Shown: positions 17,107-35,985 of the stretch, piece after piece
Numbering within the stretch: position 1 is the first letter of the stretch
Layout: every line of letters starts with the position of its first letter
Assembly: GCF_009914755.1 (NCBI RefSeq)
Contig: NC_060930.1
Reading direction: 5' to 3' (one strand)
Source: the human T2T-CHM13v2.0 reference genome, Homo sapiens
DNA: 64,000 nucleotides
The notes under the pieces: generated by a model
Databases searched by the model: none
What the model saw: the letters and a program-made list of their open reading frames with translations, nothing else
Told to the model about the DNA's origin: nothing
Made by a program: the position numbers and the translations under genes

Positions 17107-17355
17107 CCCAGAGAGGTTTTACTATTTATCAAGTCAGGAATAAATTTTAAATTAGAGTTCTTATAAGAGAGAGGAAAATTAAATAGAACATACAACTTTT
17201 AGATCAGAGAAATGGCCTAAACACGCAAGAGTAAAATTTTCTAGGGGAAGTAATTTGCTTATTGGTTCATTTAAAATTTCTAGATGAACACATTTCCTGC
17301 CAAATCTAATTGCAAGAAAGGTCACCAGTGAGAGAAAGCAAAGGACTCTTGGTAC

Positions 17356-17559
17356 CTTCCGGCTAAATCCTCGATATCTTTTATGAACAGGCCTCCTTGG
17401 TGCTTGCACATATTCTTGCATGCCCTCAGTCGGCTCTTATTCTTGTACAAGACGTAGTCTTTGCCAGTGCTCTTATTGCGAAAGAAATTGATTCCTTCCT
17501 TAAGACTGGCAACTTCAACAGGTGATAGGCACAACAGGATCTCAGTTGTTTGTTCGATG
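17356..17559 (-). pseudogene. CMAHP: CMAH/CMAHP 204-bp coding exon (N-terminal half of the Rieske 2Fe-2S domain)
   Basis: Translates (S)IEQTTEILLCLSPVEVASLKEGINFFRNKSTGKDYVLYKNKSRLRACKNMCKHQGGLFIKDIEDLAG(R), recognisable as the primate CMAH N-terminus with Rieske C-x-H (MCKHQGG). Acceptor cttttcatag|C at 17560/17559 and donor GGAAG|gtacc at 17356/17355; phase 2-2. Confidence 0.96.
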
Positions 17560-17809
17560 CTATGAAAAGGCAAACATTTTGAGGGGGAAGGTTAATAATG
17601 TTAGGTTTTAAGAGACAATCATTTCAAACTGACAGCTCAAAACCCCTTTTCCCTAAAATATTTTGTAAGCCCCTTGCGTTCCAAGTACCCAGGTTTAGTG
17701 GCTACCTGAGGATGCATTTCTCCCCACCCTGATATGAATGTAAATATACTTCTTACTTGTTAAATATGCCTCTCCACTTTTCTAGGGAACTAATAGCCCT
17801 CTTACTTGC

Positions 17810-17911
17810 CTGCCCATCGTCTGCCGGTTCCTCTGCCTGGGTATTTTGAAAGAACAGCAGTTGCTCATATCGTTTCTGTTGCTCATTTGCTCCCCTAAGG
17901 CATTAGTCAGC
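17810..17911 (-). pseudogene. CMAHP: CMAH/CMAHP initiator exon (ATG GGC AG); 5' boundary tentative
   Basis: Minus strand reads ...CAGACG ATG GGC AG|gcaagtaag with ATG at 17817-17815. Splicing to 17559 gives MGSIEQTTE, the recalled primate N-terminus. A candidate acceptor ctgttttcag lies at 17912, but the exon could instead be a first exon extending further 5'. Confidence 0.78.
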
Positions 17912-19429
17912 CTGAAAACAGGACGTTTAAGGTATTTTCCTTTAACAGTTACTGATTTCCTTTGACAGTTTTCTCCCTCTACCACAGCTCTTTTAGAAGT
18001 CTAACACCATATTCAATTCTGAGAAGCCACTGTGCTGTCCCTCCCATCTCTGCTCTTGCGCATCTGGACTTCCTCTGCCTGGAACGCAGTTCCTCTCCTT
18101 CACCACGCAGCATCAGTCTTGGGTCAAATAGAAACGAATCGTCCCCTTCCTGGTTAAGTCTTCCAAGACACACCAGAGGTCCAGGCTGGCATTCTTGGTG
18201 TACATCCCTCTTCTGTAGAACATTATAACACTGTAATTGGCACACTGCCCTGTTGACTTACATTTAGGCACTTTTGAAAGCACTCTGTATCTTCCTTCTC
18301 CCCCTACCACTTAGCCCACTGCCTTTCACAGGATATGTCTTCACTAGCTCTCTACTTAATGAATCACCCCTCCCACTGCACTCAATTTGATTAATTTACA
18401 AAAAGCTCCAGCCGCAAACCAAGCATTTGAATCTTTTTTTTCTTTTAAGGAAACTAGCCGTTACACTTCTCAAACCCCAATTTCTAAACACTCTGTTTAC
18501 AGTGCAACACTGAATCATAACAGAATATGATTTCTGCCAAGAAAGGTTTCAAAATAGCTTTTGCAAATCCATGGTAGGAAATCTGGGCACATGTTGTTTA
18601 GTTTTATATTTGACTCCAAACAAAAAGTAGCCAAAATTCTCTTTGCATGTTAACTTAAAACTGATTTGGAGCACAAGCATATTTGTGGCACTTTCAGTTT
18701 CATTTTTAGAAGCGCTGCAAATTTCTTAAAGGAGATAAAAATAATTTTAAGAACACTCCAGGGTAGAAAATAACAGAGAAACCACTTCCAATTTTAAACT
18801 GATGAAGGCATAGCTCTGTAATATTATGATCTACTTTCTCAAAGCAGATTCTCATTGTCACCTCTGTCCCAAATTCCTAGTAATTGTGTTCCCAATGGAC
18901 TTGAAATTATTCCAAAAATATGTTCTAAATGTATTTGACAGGAAGAAGCCATTCTAAATTTCATGACTTCTCTTTTGACTTTGTTCTTACGAGTACAGAT
19001 ATCTGACACCAAGCTAACATAAGCACTGAGGCAATTCCTGGAATAATTAGTCTAAGAGTTTAAAAGGCAAACCTCTCTAGATTTTTGTTGTTCCATTGAA
19101 TGAATTCATATAGCCAAAGTTCTCTGTTAGATTTCAACTTATATCACAACCATGTAGAACAGGTTCACTCAACCACACTTTTGTCCTCAGTTCCACGTGA
19201 AAGTCACATTGGAGCAGAAGGCAAAAGAAAAAAATATGTGCACCTATATACATGCTTTTCTGTGTATTGTTTAAATGATTAGCTTTTCCCCAAAGTATTT
19301 TTAAAGATATCAATGAATTTGCTTCTATCAAAATCAGAAAAATAAAACTGTAGCAAATTCTTGTTTTGCTATAAAACATTAAAACTAAAATGAATTGCCT
19401 TTTTTCGAATTGGTTTTGGGGGTAGATTC

Positions 19430-19760
19430 GAGTTACAAAATGGCCGCCCGGAGCGTGTTCGGCGCGGTTCCCCCAGCGGTCTCTGGCTGAACCGGCGCTC
19501 TCGCCTCCCTGCTGAACACAGCGTGAGGACCCCCCCTCCATGGACATGGTGTTTGAGTCTCTGGGCTTGCCGAACACCAAGTCCTCTGAGTTCCGCAGCG
19601 CAGCACCGGAAGCGGCCGAGCGCGCTCAGCCCGGCGACCCCTGCGGGCTCCAGACCCCTGCGCCGCTGCGCCCTGGGTTTCGCCGCACCCAAGACCCAGC
19701 GAGTGCAGCGGCGGCCGCCGAGGAGGTTCGAAAACACGGCCAAAAGAAATGCCGAGAAGG
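19430..19760 (+). promoter_or_regulatory. CpG-rich segment imported with the NUP50 5'UTR, with a YY1-type motif CAAAATGGCCGCC at 19436-19448
   Basis: Dense un-decayed CpGs in otherwise AT-rich flanks; motif read directly. Regulatory function is inferred. Confidence 0.5.
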
Positions 19761-19819
19761 AACTGACAGATAGGAATTGGGATCAAGAAGATGAAGCTTA
19801 AGAGGTGGGAACATTCTCC

Positions 19820-21139
19820 ATGGCCAGTGAGGAAGTCTTGAAGAATAGAGCCATAAAGAAAGCAAAGCGCAGAAATGTTGGATTCGAATCTGACACTGGA
19901 GGAGCCTTTAAAGGTTTTAAAGGTTTGGTGGTACCTTCTGGAGGAGGACGCTTTCCTGGATTTGGTAGTGGCGCTGGAGGGAAGCCTTTGGAAGGACTGT
20001 CGAATGGAAACAACATAACCAGTGCCCCTCCCTTCACCAGTGCAAAGGCAGCGGCAGAGCCCAAGGTAGCCTTTGGTTCTCTTGCTGCAAATGGCCCTAC
20101 CGCCTTGGTTGATAAAGTTTCAAATCCCAAAACTAATGGGGACAGTCAGCAGCCCTCCTCCTCTGGCCTTGCTTCCAGTAAAGCTTGTGTCGGAAATGCC
20201 TATCACAAGCAGTTGGCCGCCTTGAACTGCTCCGTGCGGGATTGGATAGTGAAGCACGTGAATACAAACCCCCTCTGTGATCTGACACCTATCTTTAAGG
20301 ACTATGAGAAATATTTAGCAAACATTGAACAGCAACACGGGAACAGTGGCAGGAATTCTGAAAGTGAATCTAACAAAGTGGCGGCTGAAACACAGTCTCC
20401 TTCCCTTTTTGGCTCAACAAAATTACAGCAAGAGTCAACGTTTTTGTTTCATGGCAACAAAACTGAAGATACACCTGACAAGAAGGTGGAGGTGGCATCT
20501 GAAAAGAAAACGGACCCATCATCACTAGGAGCGACAAGTGCCTCATTTAATTTCGACAAGAAAGTTGATAGCTCTGTTTTGGGCTCATTAAGCTCTGTCC
20601 CCCTGACTGGATTTTCTTTCTCCCCTGGAAACTCCAGTTTATTTGGCAAAGATACTACCCAGAGTAAACCAGTCTCTTCACCATTTCCCACTAAACCATT
20701 GGAGGGCCAAGCGGAAGGTGACAGTGGTGAATGCAAAGGTGGAGATGAAGAAGAGAATGATGAGCCGCCCAAAGTAGTAGTTACCGAAGTAAAAGAAGAT
20801 GCTTTTTACTCCAAAAAGTGTAAACTGTTTTACAAGAAAGACAATGAGTTTAAAGAGAAAGGCATAGGTACTCTGCATTTAAAACCTACAGCAAATCAGA
20901 AGACACAGCTTTTGGTGCGGGCAGACACCAATTTAGGCAACATATTGCTGAATGTTCTGATTCCACCCAATATGCCATGTACGCGAACAGGGAAGAATAA
21001 CGTTCTTATCGTCTGTGTTCCAAATCCACCAATTGACGAGAAGAATGCCACCATGCCAGTCACCATGTTGATTCGGGTAAAAACCAGCGAGGATGCAGAC
21101 GAGTTGCACAAAATTTTACTGGAGAAAAAGGATGCCTGA
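19820..21139 (+). CDS. Intact 439-aa ORF from NUP50 Met29 (Npap60S-like: importin-alpha site, FG repeats, C-terminal Ran-binding domain); expression unproven
   Basis: Uninterrupted frame MASEEVLKNRAIKKAKRRN...KILLEKKDA*. The ORF track starts at GTG 19805, but the first ATG is at 19820 (tccATGG). Confidence 0.5.
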   Translation: MASEEVLKNRAIKKAKRRNVGFESDTGGAFKGFKGLVVPSGGGRFPGFGSGAGGKPLEGLSNGNNITSAPPFTSAKAAAEPKVAFGSLAANGPTALVDKVSNPKTNGDSQQPSSSGLASSKACVGNAYHKQLAALNCSVRDWIVKHVNTNPLCDLTPIFKDYEKYLANIEQQHGNSGRNSESESNKVAAETQSPSLFGSTKLQQESTFLFHGNKTEDTPDKKVEVASEKKTDPSSLGATSASFNFDKKVDSSVLGSLSSVPLTGFSFSPGNSSLFGKDTTQSKPVSSPFPTKPLEGQAEGDSGECKGGDEEENDEPPKVVVTEVKEDAFYSKKCKLFYKKDNEFKEKGIGTLHLKPTANQKTQLLVRADTNLGNILLNVLIPPNMPCTRTGKNNVLIVCVPNPPIDEKNATMPVTMLIRVKTSEDADELHKILLEKKDA

Positions 21140-21597
21140 ACACGCGAAGTTGGCTGCGGAATTATTGCCAAGTTGCTGCTTCTTCCACCGCTCCTTAAAG
21201 TTAGTCAGTTTTTCTTCTCTTCTTTGACATTCTAAGAACTTATAGATAACCTAAAACTTTTGTGAGAAAGATTAATGTGGCCAATAAAACCTTTAAATGT
21301 TAAGTGTCAAAAAACCGCACTCTCCCTTCTTAAGAACTGCCTAAAGTGTAAAATACATTTGAATGCAATTTTTGGAAAAAAAAAAAAAAAAAAAACTAAA
21401 ATGAATTTTAATACACCTACTTTTTAACATTTCAATATTTTTTCAAATACATTAATATTCTTGAAAATAACCATTAAAATACATTTATACAGGGGCACGC
21501 TTTTTCCTTTTTGCCTCAGAAGTAATGGCAGTGTGGCAGTATAACATCCTGTCTTTAAGTTTTGGATATTTCGTTTGTCATGGAATTTGTGCGTTCA

Positions 21598-22056
<459 letters not shown>

Positions 22057-22839
22057 CTAAACTAGGAACTAGTTAGAAGTCAGCTTCATAGTCAATGTAT
22101 GTATCTCACCTGACTTATCTCCATCCTGTTCTTTTTCTGAAGATTAGTAGGAACCAGATATAAGTGTGTAACAAACGAATTTTTAAAATTTACCTCACTA
22201 GAGATCACAGAAAATACCTATATTAATAAAAATGTCATTGGTTTACTATGTCGAGGGCCTATGGAATAAACAGTGATGCTCTTGAAACTTATTTTGAAAA
22301 TTCAAAATCTAGACCTCAAAAAAATACAGAGAGGAGTAGAGTTTTATGAGGTAAAAATGTCATTCATTCATGCTCTGATGGCACCTCACACCCTGAAGAT
22401 CTCTTCAAAGACCAGTGGCTGGGGCTTCTAAGCTCAGAGCTGAGGGAGAGGCAAGGATAGGAATGATATAAATGTCAACTATACTTGCAGTCCAAGCAGG
22501 GCAAGGAGCCCAAATAAAGACTACTTATGAAGCTAGAAATCCTCCAGAGGGTCATAATCTGAGAAAAAGGGTGGAGGAAGAAAAGGCAACTCATTCAGAA
22601 TTTTCAGTCTGTATGTACATTTTGCTCCCCGTCTTAGGTATTTTGTTTTCAATGGGAAGATGTTCAGTATTCTGTTCAAGAAAAGGTAAACTCTATGAAG
22701 GCCAAGACTACGGTGCCTGTCCCGTGGTAGGTGCTCAGTAAATATCTAGTGAATTAAAGAATATCCTCACACGAACAAAATGTGTACTCCATGGTTAAAA
22801 GAAGAAAAATTCACCTACTGTACCCTGTGATACTCAATA

Positions 22840-31365
<8,526 letters not shown>

Positions 31366-32228
31366 GAAAGAAAGCAGCATATGAGAGATTTCTGGGGTGC
31401 TCACAGGTAATATTACATTTTCTTTTTTTTTTTTTTTTAACCTAGGTTAAACTGGTGTTCATTTTCTAAGTGTTCTTCATTTATGGTTTTTGAGCTGTTC
31501 TGTATGTTATATTCCACAATAAAAACAATGAGGAAACTGCTGTTTCAAATATGCCTTTTCAAAGTATACTCACTCCTCACTTATTCTGATGTACAATTGT
31601 AAGTAAAGTTTGACCTCTCAAGAGAGAGCAGCCCACTCCTGCAACAAGCTATAACCAAGTATAATCAAGCTATAATCTGCTATAATTAAGGAAGGTCCTA
31701 CTGCAAACAGGTTTGGCTTTCAAGTCAGCCAAACTGCCTGGATGGAGTGTCTTCCAGTGACAAGTTCTGGAAGTTTTGAGTTATATTTTAATAAGAGAAG
31801 TGCTTCCTGTACACTATGCATGAGTAATAATGATGATTGTAATAATTAGATTACACTTAAAGGGCAAAATACTAAAGAAAAAGTCATTGCAAATTTCATA
31901 TTTTTCATTCTCATTCACTTGTTAAAACATCTTCTTTGGAAATAATCGTAGACTCACAGAAATTTGCAAAAATAGTCCAGAGTCCCCTGTACCCTTCAGT
32001 TAGCTTCCCCAATAGTGATCTCTTATGTAACTGTATTACTGTATTACAATATCAAAACCGGGAAATTGACATTGGTACAATACTGTTAACTAGAGCACAG
32101 ACTTTATTCTCATGTCACCAGTTTTCACAGGCATCTATTTGTGTGTGTGTGTGCGTGTGTGTATACAGTTCTATGAAATTTTATTCTATGCTTTAATTTG
32201 TGTAGCCATCACTACTCTCACATAACTC

Positions 32229-34573
32229 AGGCCAGGCGAGCTTACTAAGGGTGGAAGTCGGACTCCCTGCTCCACTGGGTCCCGCCTGCCCTTCAGTCTC
32301 ATGCCTGCCCAGCCCTCTGACCACCTGGAATGGAATGAGTCTGTGCGCTCTCTCCAGATAAGTGTGCGGGGCCTTCCTGTGCTTGCGCCCATGACCAAGG
32401 CCATGGACAATGACACTTACCCCCTGGTTGCCTTCCAGAGGACGCCAGGTAGGATTCAATACCCAGTCGCAGTCATTGCTGACCTGGGCACAGGGTCAAG
32501 GGCCCAAGAAGAAAACACCTGGTTCAGTTACCTGAAAAGGGGATACCCAACCCTATCAGACAGCAGGGACAGGGTGGTGGTGAAATGAAACAAAGACCAC
32601 TGCATTCTAGAGTCCCACCTGGCGGAAAGTGGAGAGGGGCATGGAGCTCTCGGATCTGAACGTCTCTGGTGGGAAACTACTCTATGGACCATGGGAGAGG
32701 GGTGACCTATCAGATAGATGGCAGCAAGGCCGTGTCTCGGGTAATTCTCTCCGAAGGCGATGGGGCAGTGGAGAAGGGGTTCATGGCAGTGGAGGGCCAG
32801 CGTCTGTAGGGGGGCAGCCTGGGCAAGGAGGGGACATAGTGACTGAGAACGTGGAATGGGTGAGAGTGGCAGGCCACAAGGGCAGCGTGGACCACAAGAA
32901 CTGGGTGTGCAGCTGCAATGCTCCCAGGGCCGCCACGGAAATCCGACCGCCAGGCTGCCTCACACCCCTAGTCCGCCTGCTGGAAAGTGCTGCAGCGCCG
33001 GTCCTGCCCCCAGCGGTGCAGCGAGGACTCCTGAGCACCACCCAGGACTTCGGTTACATTTCCGTCAGCCACATGGGGGAGGTGGGCCCCGCGCACGTTA
33101 AAGTTCATTCTTCAAGTTCATCCCCAACACCAACGACCACATCATTGTGGACCTCAAGTCCAAAGAGGACAGCGGCCAAATCGCCACCTGTATCATGGTC
33201 TTTCTCTCTCGACGGACTAGTCCTTCTGCCAGGCACCAAAATTCGAAGTGTAAAGTATGAAGGAACAAAATTTATTTAAATTTTAAAAATTAAAACATTA
33301 AGCAAGGCTGAGGGGTGGGCAGTTTTCAGCTACATTGGAACTCACATTTTATAAATGCCGAAGGACTGCACTTTTGTTTTATTTTGTTTTTGGAACAATG
33401 AGGTGTATACTTGGTTTAGAGATCTCCAAAACAGGGAGTTCAGTCCCAGGCTGAGAAAAGGGGCAGAGGTTCAGGAACCTCGAGGTTGCCCCGGCCAGAA
33501 CTTTTCTCTGTGCTGCCAGCTCATGGTAAAATTGATCACTGCAGGCAACTTCATAGGGGGTCTAGTTTTTGAATTGGTCATGCGCTTTCTTCCATCTGAC
33601 CTCCCTTTCTTCTCTTTACCTTTGTTCTTTTGTTTGATAAGTATTCCTGGAGCTCCTACTATGTGTGAAGCACTGCCCCACCCTGGAAATACAATGAGTA
33701 TGAGGAGGATCTGCCTGCTAGGAACTCCCAGGCCACCCCCTTTTCTTCCTACTTTATGAGCCTTGGATTTATGTCCACCCTACCAGATCCTTGGAAAAGA
33801 AAATGTTTACATTGCAAGACACTGTAGGGCTATGGACAAGGGCAGGCCCCTGGGGGGGACACATTTACCCACACCTGCCACAGGAAAGAACACAAGCCTA
33901 TCTGTTTTTTCCACACTTCAGATGAAACCATCTCCACCTCATATGGCCAATGACTCTCTGTTTTCTTTCTTCAGGAAACTTCTATGGCTGGGTAGCACTT
34001 TGAAGTTTTAATTATTAACCTATTTTAATAAAAGTGAATTCCTTTCTTGGAATCACTAAATCTTCTCCCACAACACAAAGCCCTGTAGTTAATAAATCCA
34101 TTCCCAGTGGCAGAAGAGATCACAACGAAGCAGTGACAACTGGTCAAGCAAGTTTATAAAAGTCTGAGTTCTTGGCCAATGTATACTAAAGAAAACATTG
34201 CCTTTTTCTGAGACCAAGTAGGAACGGAGCTTGGCTTCAGCCTATATCGACTAGAGCATTCTTTTGTGCATCCCCACTCACCACAAACCCACACTACTAC
34301 CTTGCTTAGGCCACAATGTTTGAACCATACCTTTTACTTAAATAATTCCAGAAACTGGCCTTAGGAGATAACCAAGGTTGTTGAGTGTCCCACATAGGTA
34401 AGGAATGCTGAGCCATTGATTTACACTGTTGCTGTAGCCAGCCAGATCACCAGGTTGCCCATTATTGAAGATAACCACTGTAACCAGATATGCTGACTGG
34501 CATACCCTACCCTTCACACTTTCCCAGCCCATCCTGCATACCCTACCCCTGAAGTCAATTCCCATGCTTTGCC

Positions 34574-34604
<31 letters not shown>

Positions 34605-35805
34605 GCCCTACTGGCTTCAGTCAGGGAATTCTCTCTCTCTTGTGCTGCCTCTCTTATGTCCAGGTATAAACTCCAATAATGCCTTGTCTGGGGAAACTTT
34701 TTCAGTCTCATGCCAATTTCTGTGCATTAACAGCCCAAGAACCCAGAGTTGGTACCATTTCTAGCAACTGTTAGAAATTGTCATGCCTTTCAAGACTTTT
34801 ATGAATGACTTGAATTTTTTATTTCCTGACTCCAATGGGACCCTAGTTTCCAAGAGGCCTACTGTTGACCCTTGACCCTGGGGCTCCTTTATTCTGGACA
34901 TAGTCTGTGAATAAGGCCTGTCATTTCCCTAGAGTTTCTTTCCATGGCCTTTATTTCTCCTCTTTCCAACGGCAATTTTGCAACCCCTACTCCGTGGAAA
35001 TGTCACACTAACTTTGGCTTGTCATTTGGCCCCTGCTGTCTTTTCTGGACACTCCAAGGTAAAGGCAGAGTTGGGTTTGAGACAGAGGTTAGGCACGCCC
35101 ACAGCTGAGAAAAGATGTTTCCTTCAGTCACAGTGCTCCTCCCCCACAGCAGTTATCTCACCCCAACCCCCACAGGATAGTGTAGGGCATGCAGTAGGCA
35201 GGAGGACCACAGACTCTGATTGTCCCCATGCTGGTCCCAGTGGACTCTGTGGGCTCTGGCTGTGCCTGTGCTTGCCCTTCACAGATCTCTTCCCCTTTGA
35301 AACACAGCTGTGAGGAGGGAAGCCAGGAAGGACCCCTCTCACACAGTGGTGGTCTGTTTCTTCCATTACAGAATAAGTAGCAGAAAAAGTGAAGGCAGGT
35401 TCCTGAATGTGACACATTTCTCAAGAACTCAGATCTCACCAAGTATAGCCTGCAAGACCCAAGTCTGTTCTAATTTTGCCTGGCTGGGCTCTCTGATCCT
35501 CCTCAATTATTGTCCACGATATTCAGGCTCTGTCATTTAAAAAATACAGAGAGAGAAAATCAGGAAGGCTGGAGCATGTGGGACAATCACTAAATTGAGA
35601 CCTTTCTGATGTGTTAATATCAGCATCTGAGCCATAGCCCAGGTGCCTGGAAGTAGCATTTTCATACAGTCAGTGGTTTTCAAATACTTTAAGGCTAACA
35701 TTTTTTCTTTCCCTCTATATTCCTGACAGTCAGCATAATGATTGTGTTTGTTCCCTACTGGATCCATTTGTTTTATAAAGTCTGACAGGAATGTGAAGAA
35801 CAAAA
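32229..35805 (+). pseudogene. CANT1: CANT1 (calcium-activated nucleotidase 1) processed pseudogene; CDS remnant 32301-33279 plus long 3'UTR
   Basis: Fragments [106 protein letters not shown] and [14 protein letters not shown] match CANT1. No introns; TGA at 32586-32588 and several frameshifts. The extent of the 3'UTR is from recalled mRNA and is approximate. Confidence 0.92.
34209..34757 (+). mobile_element. ERV1-class solo LTR inside the CANT1 retrocopy 3'UTR (family uncertain, possibly MER72-like)
   Basis: TG...CA termini, 4-bp TSD TTTC (34205-34208 and 34758-34761), TATAAA-like box and AATAA near 34666-34680; the flanks rejoin as continuous retrocopy UTR. Confidence 0.75.
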
Positions 35806-35821
35806 AGATATATAGTTCTTG

Positions 35822-35985
35822 TGGAACGTGCTGGAGCACACCTGTAGTACCAGCTACAGCTTGGGTGGCTTAGGGAGGAGGCTCATTTAAGCCCCAGGTT
35901 TCAAAGTTACAGTGAACTGTGATTGCACCACTGCACTCCAGCCTGGCTGACAAAGCGAGACCCCCATCTCAAAAAAACAAACAAA
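35822..35985 (+). mobile_element. Old Alu monomer (FRAM/AluJ right arm)
   Basis: Diverged right-arm sequence with an A-rich tail. Confidence 0.8.

Larger units (their letters stand above)
19397..21391 (+). pseudogene. NUP50: NUP50 processed retrocopy (5'UTR, CDS, short 3'UTR, poly(A))
   Basis: Intronless near-identical NUP50 coding sequence; poly(A) from 21376; perfect 16-bp TSD AAAACTAAAATGAATT (19381-19396 and 21392-21407) at a TT|AAAA L1 endonuclease site. Parental ATG is ACG (19736-19738) and codon 22 is TAA (19799-19801). Confidence 0.96.

Noticed and set aside
17322-17573. 83-aa minus-strand ORF as a standalone CDS
   Set aside because: It has a non-ATG start and intronic ends; only 17356-17559 is exon, bounded by splice sites.
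19134-20878. Overlapping antisense and alternative-frame ORFs across the NUP50 copy
   Set aside because: Expected shadows of GC-rich UTR and coding sequence, with no recognisable homology.
19736-21139. The authentic NUP50 gene
   Set aside because: No introns, poly(A) and TSD present, start codon lost and an in-frame stop at codon 22.
32629-33279. 216-aa ORF as a novel protein
   Set aside because: A mosaic of in-frame and out-of-frame CANT1 pseudogene pieces with a GTG start.
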